Assembly: GCA_029940535.1 (NCBI GenBank)
Contig: JAPYUM010000001.1
Coordinates: 76,773-140,772 of the forward strand
Source: Vicinamibacterales bacterium
GTDB taxonomy: Bacteria; Acidobacteriota; Vicinamibacteria; Vicinamibacterales; UBA8438
DNA length: 64,000 bases
Direction: 5' to 3'
The translations under genes and the position numbers were made by a program. A model generated the notes under the pieces. That model saw only the letters and a list, made by a program, of their open reading frames with translations, did not search any database and had not been told where the DNA came from. Of the stretch, positions 9,001 through 19,910 are shown in pieces. The first letter of the stretch is position 1. Every line of letters begins with the position of its first letter.

Positions 9001-10329
9001 CTAGCTGTGCGTGGTGGAGAGGCCACCGTAGGCCTCCATGCCGTGTTCACTGACATCCAGCCCGACTCGCTCCTCTTCCTCGCTGACCCGGATACCGGTG
9101 GTGGCCTTGAGGATGGAGAAGATGATGAAGGCCGCGGGCAGACAGAAGATGCCGTAGGCCAGGACCCCGATGAGCTGGGTCACGAACGAGTGGTCCGGGT
9201 TCGTGCTGAAGATGCCAACCGCCAACGTGCCCCAGATCCCGCAGGTGAGGTGGACGGAGAGCGCGCCCACCGGGTCGTCGATCTTGACCCGGTCGAAGAG
9301 CAGCACCGATGCCACCACGATGAGACCGGCAATCAGGCCGATGAGCATGGCCGCGTTGACCGAGACCGTATCCGCCCCCGCGGTGATGCCGACGAGTCCG
9401 GCTAGCGCCCCGTTCAGCACCATGCTCAAGTCAGGCTTGCGCTGGAGTGTCCAGGAGGCGGTCATTGCCCCGATCACGCCAGCGGCGGCAGCCAGCGACG
9501 TGGTCACGAAGACCAGCGAGACCAGTGCCGGGTCGGCGCTCAGGACGGACCCGCCGTTGAACCCGTACCAGCCTAGCCACAGAAGGAAGACGCCAATCGC
9601 CGCGAGCGGCATGTTATGCCCCGCGATCGGTCGGACCTTCCCGCCTTCGAGATACTTGCCCAGGCGCGGCCCGAGGACGATGATGCCGGCCAGCGCGGCC
9701 CACCCGCCGACGGAGTGGACGAGCGTGGAGCCGGCGAAATCGTAGAAGCCCATCTGGTCGAGCCAGCCCGCGCCCCATTTCCAGGATCCCGCAATCGGAT
9801 ACACGATGGCCACGTAGATGGTCGTGAAGATCAGGAAGGGGCCGAGCTTTATGCGCTCGGCCACCGCACCGGACACGATCGTGGCGGCGGTGGCCGCGAA
9901 CATGCCCTGGAAGATGAAGTCTGTCCAGTAGGTATAGGCACCGTCCGCGTAGGCGATGGTGTCGCCGGTCGCGCCCGGGTCCAGCCCAAACCCGGCGAAA
10001 CCGAAGAATTGGCCGATGCTGAAGTCGCCCGGATACATCAGGTTGAAACCGACAAACGCGTAGGTCAGCAAACCGATGGCGACAATCGCGGTGTTCTTGA
10101 ACAGAATGTTCACGGTGTTCTTGGAACGGGTTAGCCCCGCCTCCAGCGTCGCGAAGCCGAGGTGCATGATGAACACCAGGAACGTGGCCACGAGCATCCA
10201 GGTGTTGTTGACCGTGAACATCTCTTGAGAGACTTCGTCCTGCGCGTAGGCCACGGCGGGCACGAGGACGAGCATGAGAAGCAGCAACGTTGTGTACCGG
10301 CCGATCGACCGGATCAAACGGTTCGTCAT
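9001..10329 (-). CDS. amtB: Ammonium transporter
   Basis: Amt/MEP family hallmarks (DFAGSTLVHSVGGWAAL, GVFLLWLGWYGFNGGS) and a cleavable signal peptide MTNRLIRSIGRY...AVAYAQ. Start chosen at ATG 10329. The ORF track extends to GTG 10377, overlapping the glnK stop. Confidence 0.9.
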   Translation of the reverse strand: MTNRLIRSIGRYTTLLLLMLVLVPAVAYAQDEVSQEMFTVNNTWMLVATFLVFIMHLGFATLEAGLTRSKNTVNILFKNTAIVAIGLLTYAFVGFNLMYPGDFSIGQFFGFAGFGLDPGATGDTIAYADGAYTYWTDFIFQGMFAATAATIVSGAVAERIKLGPFLIFTTIYVAIVYPIAGSWKWGAGWLDQMGFYDFAGSTLVHSVGGWAALAGIIVLGPRLGKYLEGGKVRPIAGHNMPLAAIGVFLLWLGWYGFNGGSVLSADPALVSLVFVTTSLAAAAGVIGAMTASWTLQRKPDLSMVLNGALAGLVGITAGADTVSVNAAMLIGLIAGLIVVASVLLFDRVKIDDPVGALSVHLTCGIWGTLAVGIFSTNPDHSFVTQLIGVLAYGIFCLPAAFIIFSILKATTGIRVSEEEERVGLDVSEHGMEAYGGLSTTHS

Positions 10330-10376
10330 TGGGGTATGTCCTTCCATCTGCACGGTTCCGGATGATGGCGTTGTCA

Positions 10377-10877
<501 letters not shown>

Positions 10878-10935
10878 TCAGGTGACGACGGGCCACGTAA
10901 ATACGGGCCGAAACGTCCAATCTTGGAGTGGGTCG

Positions 10936-10996
10936 GTCGAGTCGAAATCGACGGGATTGTGAGGCTAGACGGATCGTTTCGACGTTCGTGTCGATC
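10936..10996. promoter_or_regulatory. Cluster of GTCGA(AA) dyad elements, candidate enhancer (UAS)
   Basis: GTCGA at 10936, GTCGAAATCGAC at 10941..10952, inverted GTCGAAACGAT at 10983..10973 and GTCGATC at 10990. These lie 80-140 bp upstream of the sigma-54 promoter. Confidence 0.25.
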
Positions 10997-11029
10997 GGTG
11001 GCAGCAGACCCAGGAGGAGGGGAGGTGCG

Positions 11030-12574
11030 TCAGCTATTTCGATAGCGGCTGCTGTCGATCCCGAACTTCTTGACCTTGTAGCTGATGATGCGCTCCGTTG
11101 ATTGGAGTAGCATCGCGGCCTTGCCCCGGTTGCCCCGGGTGGTCTTCAACGCATCTTCGATCAGGTCTTTTTCATAGGCCTCGACCGCGTCGCTGAATGA
11201 CAGGCTCATCACGGTCCCAGAGGCCTCGCCGGTCTGTAGAGATGGCGGGAGATCGTGCGCGTGAATGACGTTGCCGTCGCACACGAGTACCGCGCGTTCG
11301 AGCGCGTTTTCCAGCTCACGCACGTTGCCCGGCCAGTGATAGGACATCAGCATGTCGATCGCCGGGGTCGAGATCCGCTTGACGTGTTTGCCGTGCTCGA
11401 CGGCGTATCGGTCGAGGAAGTGGTCCGCCAGCAGCAGGACATCGGTCTTGCGCTCGCGCAGTGGCGGCACGAAGATCGCGAACACGTTCAGGCGATAGTG
11501 AAGATCCTCACGAAACGTCCCGGCCGCCATTGCGCCCTCGACATCCGCGTTGGTGGCCGCAATCAACCGGACATCCACCTTGACCGGCTGGGTGCCACCC
11601 AGGCGTTCGAATTCACGTTCCTGCAGAACACGCAGCAGTTTGACCTGGGTCGACGCGTTGAGATCGCCGATCTCGTCGAGAAAGAGTGTGCCGCCCTCGG
11701 CGCGCTCGAACCGTCCTTTCTTGCGAGTCTGCGCTCCGGTGAAGGCTCCCTTTTCATAGCCGAAGAGTTCCGACTCGATCAACGAATCCGGTAGAGCGGC
11801 GCAGCTCACCTTGATGAACGGCTTCTTGGCGCGTCGTGAGTTGTAGTGGATGGCATGGGCGATGAGCTCCTTGCCCGTGCCGGATTCGCCGCGCACCAAC
11901 ACCGTGGTGTTCGCGCCGGCAACCTGGTTCACCTGGGCGTAGACCTCCCGCATCGGGCGGCTGGTGCCTACGATGTTGGCGAAGTCGTATTTCTGTTTGA
12001 GCTCGTCTCGCAGGTGGACGTTCTCCTCCACCAGCCGTCGACGCTCGGCATCCACCAGATGACTGACCCTGATGGCCTGCGCGATCATGGTGGTGACGAC
12101 GTGCAGGAATCGGACATAGCCCTGATAGTCCCGTCCCTTCTCGAAGGGGAGCTCCACACTGATGGCGCCGACGGGGTCCTTGCGGGTCTTGATCGGCACG
12201 CAGATGAAGCTGATGTCGCGACGGTCGAGGTTCTTGCGCCGCGCCCGGTTCAAGAACATCGGTTCCTTGCTGGCGCGTGGCACGATCACCGGTTTGCCGC
12301 TTTCGACCACTCGTCCAGTGACGCCTTCGCCCACCTTGTACCGGGCCGAGCGACCCTCTGGGGTCAGCCCTTCCGCGGCTTCCACATGAAGGAGACCCGT
12401 GTCCGGGTCCAGCAGCGTGATGGACCCGCACACGACGCTGTCCCGCCGGTCGAGCAGCTGGAGTACCCGTTGGAGCGAGGCGCGAAGACTGGACCCGCCG
12501 GCCAGGGCGCTGTTGACCTCGGACAGGGTGTCCAAGCGGGCGGCGTCCTGAGAGAGTGTGCGTTCAGATGGCAC
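11030..12574 (-). CDS. Sigma-54-dependent transcriptional activator, GAF-AAA+-HTH (NifA/NtrC-like architecture)
   Basis: 514 aa. N-terminal GAF-like domain, Walker A (GESGTGKE), GAFTGA sigma-54 contact motif and a C-terminal Fis-type HTH. GTG start. Confidence 0.85.
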   Translation of the reverse strand: MPSERTLSQDAARLDTLSEVNSALAGGSSLRASLQRVLQLLDRRDSVVCGSITLLDPDTGLLHVEAAEGLTPEGRSARYKVGEGVTGRVVESGKPVIVPRASKEPMFLNRARRKNLDRRDISFICVPIKTRKDPVGAISVELPFEKGRDYQGYVRFLHVVTTMIAQAIRVSHLVDAERRRLVEENVHLRDELKQKYDFANIVGTSRPMREVYAQVNQVAGANTTVLVRGESGTGKELIAHAIHYNSRRAKKPFIKVSCAALPDSLIESELFGYEKGAFTGAQTRKKGRFERAEGGTLFLDEIGDLNASTQVKLLRVLQEREFERLGGTQPVKVDVRLIAATNADVEGAMAAGTFREDLHYRLNVFAIFVPPLRERKTDVLLLADHFLDRYAVEHGKHVKRISTPAIDMLMSYHWPGNVRELENALERAVLVCDGNVIHAHDLPPSLQTGEASGTVMSLSFSDAVEAYEKDLIEDALKTTRGNRGKAAMLLQSTERIISYKVKKFGIDSSRYRNS

Positions 12575-12631
12575 AAGAATGTCGCGGTGATGCGGTCGAA
12601 GGGACGACTCGGTGGTGCACCGGGAACGTCG

Positions 12632-14080
12632 CTACCGCAGCGTCATCGGTAATCGTGTTTCGCCCATCAGGTATTGGTCGATTCCGGCCGCCGCGCTGCG
12701 GCCCTCGGCGATCGCCCACACGATCAGTGATTGTCCTCGCTGCATGTCTCCGGCGGTGAAGACGCCCTCAACGCTCGTCATCCAGGTCTTGTCGCGCGAG
12801 ACGTTCCCGCGGTCGGTGAGTGCGACGCCGAGCTGGTCCAGCAGGCCATCGCGCTTCGGGCCGGTGAAACCCATGGCCAGCAGAACCAGGTCCACTCCGA
12901 GCTCGTACTGGCTGTCCTGGACCGGTCTAAATGCCGGGCGTCCGTTTTCCTGGGTCATTTCGACCGTGGCGGCATGCAGCGTCGTCACGTGCCCCGATTC
13001 GTCGCCACTGAACCGTTCTGTCGACACCGAATAGACGCGGTCCCCACCCTCTTCATGCGCGCTGGTCACCCGAAAGATGTGCGGCCATTGGGGCCACGGG
13101 TTGGCCTCGCCGCGCGTCTCGGGTGGACGCGGCAATAATTCGAACTGATGCACCGAGGTTGCGCCTTGCCGGTGGACCGTGCCCAGACAATCGGCCCCGG
13201 TATCGCCCCCGCCGATGATGACCACTCGCTTTCCCTCGGCGCTGATGAAGTCGGCGTCATCGATGGCGTCTCCCTCGCATCGCCGATTCTGCAAAGGCAG
13301 GAACTCCATCGCGAAATGGATGCCGCGCAACTCGCGTCCCGGCACGTTGAGGTCGCGGGGCATTCCGGCGCCACCCGCCAGCAGCATGGCGTCGAAGTCT
13401 CGGCGAATCGTGTCGGCTGGTATCGTCACGCCGATATCGGTGTTGGCGCGGAAACTGACGCCCTCGGCCTCGAGTATTTCCAGACGGCGGTTCAGGAACC
13501 GCTTTTCCATCTTGAATCCCGGAATGCCGTAACGGAGCAGCCCACCGATTCGATCCGACCGTTCGAACACGGTCACCTCATGACCGGTGCGATTGAGCTG
13601 GTCTGCCGCGGCCAGTCCAGCCGGGCCCGATCCTATTACCGCCACCGTCTTGCCGGTCCGGGTCTCCGGAGGCTCGGGCTGGATCCATCCTTCGTTGAAC
13701 GCCCGCTCCACGATGGCGAGTTCGATCGATTTAATGGTGACCGCGTCGCGGTCGATCGCGAGCACGCAGGAACCCTCACACGGGGCAGGGCAGAGTCGGC
13801 CAGTCCACTCCGGAAAGTTGTTGGTCTTGTGGAGCCGGTCGCTGGCAGGGTGCCACTTGTCGCGGTAGACCAGGTCGTTCCAGTCGGGGATCAGGTTGCC
13901 GAGCGGGCATCCTTCGTGACAGAACGGGATCCCGCAGTCCATGCAACGGGCGCCCTGCGCGCGCAGGTCTTCCGTGGCGTACGGCAGGTAGACCTCCTGC
14001 CAGTCGTGGAGTCGCTCTTCCACCGGGCGCGACGGCGGCTTCTGCCGATCGATCTCGATGAATCCCTTCAGCTTGCCCAT
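12632..14080 (-). CDS. gltD: Glutamate synthase (NADPH) small subunit
   Basis: 482 aa. N-terminal Fe-S Cys cluster (CMDCGIPFC...GCPLGN) and two dinucleotide-binding motifs (VAVIGSGPAG, VVIIGGGDTGADC). Confidence 0.9.
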   Translation of the reverse strand: MGKLKGFIEIDRQKPPSRPVEERLHDWQEVYLPYATEDLRAQGARCMDCGIPFCHEGCPLGNLIPDWNDLVYRDKWHPASDRLHKTNNFPEWTGRLCPAPCEGSCVLAIDRDAVTIKSIELAIVERAFNEGWIQPEPPETRTGKTVAVIGSGPAGLAAADQLNRTGHEVTVFERSDRIGGLLRYGIPGFKMEKRFLNRRLEILEAEGVSFRANTDIGVTIPADTIRRDFDAMLLAGGAGMPRDLNVPGRELRGIHFAMEFLPLQNRRCEGDAIDDADFISAEGKRVVIIGGGDTGADCLGTVHRQGATSVHQFELLPRPPETRGEANPWPQWPHIFRVTSAHEEGGDRVYSVSTERFSGDESGHVTTLHAATVEMTQENGRPAFRPVQDSQYELGVDLVLLAMGFTGPKRDGLLDQLGVALTDRGNVSRDKTWMTSVEGVFTAGDMQRGQSLIVWAIAEGRSAAAGIDQYLMGETRLPMTLR

Positions 14081-14090
14081 ATGCAGTGCA

Positions 14091-17000
14091 CTAGTCCGCG
14101 GCGGTTCCCACCAGCTCGGCGAACCCCGGTTCCCTGGACTGCGCGCGTGCCGTCGCTTCGGCGGTCAGCACCCGTTTGTAGTCGCGGGGCATCACCTTCA
14201 CGAACTTCGGGCCCAGCCGGCTCCACTGGTTCAGCACCCGCTGAGCGTTGGCGCTCCCCGTGTACTCGACATGGCGAGTGACCAACCGGCGCACGAACTC
14301 GTCGTCGTCGTCGTCCAGAGCCTCCAGATCGACCAGACCCTTGTTGCACCGTGCCGCGAACTGTCCTGGCTCGTCCAGGACATAGGCGATGCCGCCACTC
14401 ATGCCGGCCGCGAAGTTGCGCCCGGTGCGACCGAGCACGACGACCCGGCCACCGGTCATGTACTCGCACCCGTGGTCGCCGACGCCTTCGACCACCGCGT
14501 GCACCCCGCTGTTACGGACCCCGAAGCGTTCCCCGGCGAGCCCGTGAACGAAGACTTCGCCCCCGGTCCCACCGTACAACGCCACATTGCCGATGATGAT
14601 GTTGTCTTCGGCGACAAACGTGGAGGTGCGCGGAGGAAACACCGCCAGGCGTCCGCCCGACAGGCCCTTGCCGAAGTAGTCGTTGGCGTCACCCTCGACC
14701 GTGAGCGTCATACCATGAGGGACGAACGCGCCAAAGCTTTGCCCGGCAGAGCCCGAGAACTGGATCTGGATAGCACCGTCGGGCAGACCGTCGCCGCCCC
14801 ACCGGCGTGTGATCGCCGAGCCCAGCATCGTCCCGACCGTCCGGTTGACGTTCCGGATCGGCAGACCGAACGACACTGGAGTTCGCTGCTCGATGGCGTC
14901 CGCGCACCGCTCGATGAGGGTATTGTCCAACGCCCGATCCAGCCCGTGGTCCTGGGTGGTGGTGGCGCGCCGGCCGACCGTGTCGGGGACCTCCGGGTTG
15001 TGGAGGATCTGCGACAGGTCCACGCCCTTGGCCTTCCAGTGGTCGATCGCTTTTCCCGTGTTCAGTCGGTCGACCCGGCCGATCATTTCGTCCATGGTGC
15101 GGAACCCCAGGCTGGCCATCAACTCCCGCACCTCTTCCGCGACGAACCGGAAGTAATGTTCGACGAATTCCGGTCGGCCGGTGAAGTGCTTGCGCAACTC
15201 CGGATTCTGCGTGGCGACGCCGACCGGACAGGTGTCCAGGTGGCAGACTCGCATCATGATGCAGCCGGAGACCACGAGCGGGGCGGTGGCGAATCCAAAC
15301 TCTTCCGCGCCCAGCAAAGCCGCGATGACCACGTCGCGGCCGGTCTTCATCTGACCGTCCGCCTGGACCACGATCCGGTCGCGCAGCCCGTTCATGACCA
15401 GCACCTGCTGGGTTTCGGCCAACCCGAGCTCCCAGGGCACGCCCGCATGCTTGAGACTGGTGAGCGGCGCCGCGCCGGTGCCGCCGTCGTGACCGGAGAT
15501 CAGGACGACGTCGGAGTGAGCCTTGGCCACCCCGGCCGCCACCGTGCCGACGCCGACCTCGGCCACCAACTTGACGTGGATCCGGGCTTGCGGATTCGCA
15601 TTCTTCAGATCGTGGATGAGCTGGGCCAGATCCTCGATCGAATAGATGTCGTGATGCGGCGGCGGTGAGATCAACTGTACGCCCGGGGTGGCGTAGCGCA
15701 CCTTCGCGATCCACGGATAGACCTTGAAACCTGGGAGCTGGCCGCCCTCTCCGGGCTTGGCCCCTTGGGCCATCTTGATCTGGATGTCGTCGGCGTTGAC
15801 CAGATACTCGCTCGTCACGCCGAATCGTCCAGACGCTACCTGCTTGATGGCACTGCGGCGGAGGTCCCCGTTGTCGTCCGGGGTGAAGCGGGCCGGGTCT
15901 TCGCCGCCTTCACCGGTATTGGACTTTCCCCCCAGCCGGTTCATCGCAATGGCCAGGGTCTCGTGCGCCTCGGCGCTGATCGACCCGTACGACATCGCGC
16001 CGGTTGAGAAGCGGGCCAGAATCGACTCGATCGGCTCGACGTCGTCGAGGCCAATCGGAACCCTCGTCTCGTCCGTCGTGAACTCGAACAGGCTCCGGAG
16101 TGTGGCGTGTTGACGGCTCTGGTCGTTGACGAGGGTCGCGTACTCACGATACACGTCGTAGCGGCCACTCCGCGTCGCGTGTTGGAGCTTGAAGACCGTT
16201 TCTGGGTTGAACAGGTGATACTCGCCGTCGCGGCGCCACTGGTATTCGCCGCCGCTGTCGAGTTCGCCGTCCTCCTTACCGCGGGTTGGAAAGGCGCGCT
16301 CATGCCGTCGTTGTACCTCAGCCGCCACGGTGTCGATCCCGATTCCGCCGATTCGGGACGCCGTCCAGGTGAAATACCGATCGATGAACGTCTGGTTCAG
16401 ACCCACCGCCTCGAAGATCTGGGCGCCACGGTAGCTTTGTAGCGTGGAGATCCCCATCTTTGACATCACCTTCAGCACGCCTTTGGTCAGGGCCAGGATG
16501 TGATGACGGATCCCCAGCGGCGGGTCGATGCCGGTCACTTCGTCGTTGCAGATCAACTCCTCGATCGTCTCGAAGGCGAGATACGGATTCACCGCCCCGG
16601 CGCCGTAGCCCAGCAGCAGTGCCATGTGGTGCGCTTCGCGAGCTTCCCCGGTTTCGACGATCAACCCGCAGCCGGTACGGGTGCCTTCGCGTACGAGGTG
16701 ATGATGCACGCCAGCCGTGGCGAGCAAGCTTGGAATCGGCGCCTGTTGCGCATCCACCCCGCGGTCGGAGAGCACCAGGAGCGGCGTGCCGTCCTGGACC
16801 GCGGCGGACGCCTTGTGGCACAGCTCGTCCATCGCCCGCTTGAGTCCCTCCGCTCCTTCGCGTGGGTCGAACAGCATGGGCAATGTCACGGTCCGTAACG
16901 ACGGGTCAGAGTTATGCCGCAGTTTCGCCAACTCGTCGTTGTCGAGAATCGGGTAGTCGATTCGTATCTGGTGACAGGATTCCGGCTCCGCCCGAAGCAG

Positions 17001-18695
17001 GTTGCGCTCGGGGCCCAGCGTCGAGCGCATGTCGGTGACGAGCTCTTCGCGGATGGCATCCAGCGGCGGGTTCGTGACCTGCGCGAAGAGCTGCTTGAAG
17101 TAGTCGAAGAGCAGCCGGGGCCGATCCGACAAGACCGCCAGCGCGGTGTCGGTGCCCATCGACCCAATCGGTTCGAAGCCCTTCGCGGCCATCGGGCCGA
17201 TCAGGATGCGGAGATCCTCTTCGGTGTATCCGAACGCATGCTGACGTCGTCGCAACGTGTCCCGGTCTGTGGCGACCGTGTCGGGGACGTCCGGCAGATC
17301 ACGCAAGTCGACCAGTTGGGCGTCCAGCCACTCTTGATACGGGTGCTCGGCCGCCAACTCCGTCTTGATCTCGTGATCGTCGATGATGCGGCCCTGCGCC
17401 GTATCCACCAGAAAGATCCGTCCCGGCAGTAACCGTCCTTTCACCAGGACGTCTTCCGGCGGGATATCCAGTACCCCGACCTCCGACGCCATGACGACCA
17501 GGTCGTCCTTGGTGACGTAGTAACGCGACGGCCGCAGACCGTTACGGTCGAGCACGGCGCCCACCACGGTGCCGTCGGTGAAGGCGATCGAGGCCGGACC
17601 GTCCCACGGCTCCATCAGCGAGGCGTGGTATTCGTAAAACGCTCGTCGATCCGGGGGCATTGACTCGTGCTTGCTCCACGGCTCCGGAATCATCATCAGG
17701 ATGGCGTGAGGCAGCGAGCGGCCCGTCATCACCAGGAACTGGAGGACGTTGTCGAACGTGGCTGTGTCGCTCTGACCTTCTCTTGCGACCGGAAAGAGCT
17801 TCGACAGATCGTCACCGAACAGGTCGGATTCGCACAACGCTTCGCGAGCGCGCATCCAGTTGAGGTTGCCCCGTAGCGTGTTGATTTCGCCGTTGTGGGC
17901 GCAGTACCGGTACGGGTGGGCGAGTGGCCACGACGGGAACGTGTTGGTGCTGAAGCGCGAGTGGACGAGCGCCAGCGCCGACTCGACGTCCGGGTCCACC
18001 AGGTCCGGGAACATCCCCTCGACCTGGTCGGCGATCAGCATGCCCTTGTAGACGATCGTCTGCGACGAGAGACTCGCGATATAAAACAGACTCGCTTCTT
18101 CGAGCTGCAACGCGCCGACGGCTCGCGCGAGCCGCTTCTGAATGACATACAGCTTTCGTTCGAATCGTGCCCCCGCGTCCGGGCCGCCCTCCAGCCGTGT
18201 GCCGCGACCGATGAAGACCTGCCGCATGGTCGGTTCACCGCTGCGCGCGCTGTCCCCGAGGGCGCTGGAATCAGTGGGCACGTCTCGCCAGCCGAGCAGG
18301 CTCTGGCCCTCCTCGTGCACGATCCGGGTGACGAGTTCCTCGATCCGGGCGCGTTCATCGCGTCCCCGGGGCAGGAACAGCATGCCGACGCCGTAGTCGC
18401 CGGCGGCGGGGAGCGAGAATCCCAACGCCGCTGTTTCTCGTCGGAAGAACTTGTCCGGTATTTGTAACAAGAGGCCGGCGCCGTCGCCGGTGTTGGACTC
18501 GCAGCCACAGGCTCCTCGATGCAGCAGGTTGAGAGCCACTTCGAACGCCTGCTCCACCAGCTTGTGGGTGCGGACGCCTTTGATATTCACGACGAACCCG
18601 ACACCGCAGGCGTCGTGCTCGTGCCGTGGGTCATAGAGTCCGGTGGCACCGGGCGGTGCAGTTGGCGGCAGGGCGTTCGCATGCCTCGTCGTCAC
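14091..18695 (-). CDS. gltB: Glutamate synthase large subunit
   Basis: 1534 aa. N-terminal amidotransferase EHDACGVGF, followed by the FMN/Fe-S central domain and a C-terminal GXGXG beta-helix region. The GTG start overlaps the LysR stop (GTGA). Confidence 0.95.
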   Translation of the reverse strand: MTTRHANALPPTAPPGATGLYDPRHEHDACGVGFVVNIKGVRTHKLVEQAFEVALNLLHRGACGCESNTGDGAGLLLQIPDKFFRRETAALGFSLPAAGDYGVGMLFLPRGRDERARIEELVTRIVHEEGQSLLGWRDVPTDSSALGDSARSGEPTMRQVFIGRGTRLEGGPDAGARFERKLYVIQKRLARAVGALQLEEASLFYIASLSSQTIVYKGMLIADQVEGMFPDLVDPDVESALALVHSRFSTNTFPSWPLAHPYRYCAHNGEINTLRGNLNWMRAREALCESDLFGDDLSKLFPVAREGQSDTATFDNVLQFLVMTGRSLPHAILMMIPEPWSKHESMPPDRRAFYEYHASLMEPWDGPASIAFTDGTVVGAVLDRNGLRPSRYYVTKDDLVVMASEVGVLDIPPEDVLVKGRLLPGRIFLVDTAQGRIIDDHEIKTELAAEHPYQEWLDAQLVDLRDLPDVPDTVATDRDTLRRRQHAFGYTEEDLRILIGPMAAKGFEPIGSMGTDTALAVLSDRPRLLFDYFKQLFAQVTNPPLDAIREELVTDMRSTLGPERNLLRAEPESCHQIRIDYPILDNDELAKLRHNSDPSLRTVTLPMLFDPREGAEGLKRAMDELCHKASAAVQDGTPLLVLSDRGVDAQQAPIPSLLATAGVHHHLVREGTRTGCGLIVETGEAREAHHMALLLGYGAGAVNPYLAFETIEELICNDEVTGIDPPLGIRHHILALTKGVLKVMSKMGISTLQSYRGAQIFEAVGLNQTFIDRYFTWTASRIGGIGIDTVAAEVQRRHERAFPTRGKEDGELDSGGEYQWRRDGEYHLFNPETVFKLQHATRSGRYDVYREYATLVNDQSRQHATLRSLFEFTTDETRVPIGLDDVEPIESILARFSTGAMSYGSISAEAHETLAIAMNRLGGKSNTGEGGEDPARFTPDDNGDLRRSAIKQVASGRFGVTSEYLVNADDIQIKMAQGAKPGEGGQLPGFKVYPWIAKVRYATPGVQLISPPPHHDIYSIEDLAQLIHDLKNANPQARIHVKLVAEVGVGTVAAGVAKAHSDVVLISGHDGGTGAAPLTSLKHAGVPWELGLAETQQVLVMNGLRDRIVVQADGQMKTGRDVVIAALLGAEEFGFATAPLVVSGCIMMRVCHLDTCPVGVATQNPELRKHFTGRPEFVEHYFRFVAEEVRELMASLGFRTMDEMIGRVDRLNTGKAIDHWKAKGVDLSQILHNPEVPDTVGRRATTTQDHGLDRALDNTLIERCADAIEQRTPVSFGLPIRNVNRTVGTMLGSAITRRWGGDGLPDGAIQIQFSGSAGQSFGAFVPHGMTLTVEGDANDYFGKGLSGGRLAVFPPRTSTFVAEDNIIIGNVALYGGTGGEVFVHGLAGERFGVRNSGVHAVVEGVGDHGCEYMTGGRVVVLGRTGRNFAAGMSGGIAYVLDEPGQFAARCNKGLVDLEALDDDDDEFVRRLVTRHVEYTGSANAQRVLNQWSRLGPKFVKVMPRDYKRVLTAEATARAQSREPGFAELVGTAAD

Positions 18696-19732
18696 AGGAG
18701 TGCCCCCCGGGCCCCGACGACGGCGGCGGTCGGGTCGTCGCTCGGCGGCGGTGTCTGCGTACTCGCGGGCGGCGCAGCGTCGACGGCGACCGCGGTCGGC
18801 CTCGATACTGGCTCGGCGGGGGCGTCAGCGGTGCTGTTCCGGAGCAATCTGATGAATTCGGTGACGGCTGGGTTCAGTCGGCGCTTCCGGCGATGCACGA
18901 TGCTGAGTGGTCGAACCAGTGGCGGTTCTCCGACCGGGAGCAGTAGGCGGGCCTGGATCAGCGTGCCACGCCGCACCTCGCGGCGCAGGGTCGGCTCCGG
19001 CAGAATGGCCACCCCCGCGTCTTCGTCGACCGCTTGCTTGATGGTCTCGATGTTGTCGAACTCGGCCGCGATTTCCACTTCGACATCGTGGCGCCGGAGG
19101 AACTTGTCGATTTCACGCCGGGCGGGTAGCGCCCGATCGAGCGCCACGAAGCGCTCTCCGGCGAGCTCGTGCGGCCTGACCCCACCGTGGTTGGTGGCCA
19201 ATCGCGCGAACCGGTGGTCTGGCGTGCAGGCCACCACCATGGCCTGATTCTTCCAGGGAATCGCGGTGAGCTCTCGGCCTGAGCTGACGAACGACAACAG
19301 CCCGAGGTCGGACTGATCGCTGAGAACTCGCGCGCGGACCTGGTCGGGGTGCATGTACTCCAGGTCGACCGCCGCGCCCGGCACCCGGGCTCGGAACTGA
19401 TCGATGTATCGACTCAGATGTTGCAGACCCACGGAATAGATCGATGCCAACCGCACGGTGTGGCCTGCGGGATTCTGACGGCGCCGGACCGCGTCCTCGA
19501 GCTCGTGATACCGCTCGACGATCTCCTGACAGCCCTTGAAAAAAATCTCGCCCTCGGCCGTCAGTTCCCACGGTCGCTTGGACCGGTCGATCAGCTGGGC
19601 CCCCAACTGTTTCTCGAGTTGACGCACGGCTTGACTCGCGGCCGATTGGCTAACAGAGCTCGCCAACGCGCCGCGGGAGAAGCTCCCGTGGCGGACCACC
19701 TCGCAAAAAATACTGAGCGTCTCGACGTGCAT
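18692..19732 (-). CDS. LysR-family transcriptional regulator with a Pro/Ala-rich C-terminal tail
   Basis: 346 aa. N-terminal wHTH ([36 protein letters not shown]) plus an LTTR substrate-binding fold. The last ~50 aa are low-complexity (P/A/T). 4-nt overlap with gltB. Confidence 0.85.
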   Translation of the reverse strand: MHVETLSIFCEVVRHGSFSRGALASSVSQSAASQAVRQLEKQLGAQLIDRSKRPWELTAEGEIFFKGCQEIVERYHELEDAVRRRQNPAGHTVRLASIYSVGLQHLSRYIDQFRARVPGAAVDLEYMHPDQVRARVLSDQSDLGLLSFVSSGRELTAIPWKNQAMVVACTPDHRFARLATNHGGVRPHELAGERFVALDRALPARREIDKFLRRHDVEVEIAAEFDNIETIKQAVDEDAGVAILPEPTLRREVRRGTLIQARLLLPVGEPPLVRPLSIVHRRKRRLNPAVTEFIRLLRNSTADAPAEPVSRPTAVAVDAAPPASTQTPPPSDDPTAAVVGARGALL

Positions 19733-19745
19733 GGGACTAAAGATC

Positions 19746-19762
19746 TTATCACACTGAGCTAA
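19746..19762. promoter_or_regulatory. LTTR-box-like dyad (TTA-N11-TAA) in an AT-rich divergent intergenic region
   Basis: TTATCACACTGAGCTAA lies 14 nt upstream of the LysR start, within a locally AT-rich stretch (19733..19800). A perfect TATAAT at 19848..19853 faces the PQQ gene. Confidence 0.3.
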
Positions 19763-19910
19763 TGTTCAGCCTGTCTGATATAAGTATGTCTAATATATAT
19801 CGCGACCGGGAGGAGACCGATCGGCCCCCCGGTAGCCGTCTCGGCGCTATAATTCATCCCTCTCCCATGCCCTGTTACCGACCTACATCGCACCGACAAG
19901 TGGAGTCCTC

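Noticed and set aside
14058-15668. 536-aa plus-strand ORF, along with several other long ORFs antisense to gltB/gltD (13148..14281, 14689..15714 and others)
   Set aside because: These are shadow ORFs typical of high-GC DNA. Their translations are Arg/Pro/Gly/Ala-rich with no motifs, while the opposite strand encodes unmistakable GltB/GltD.
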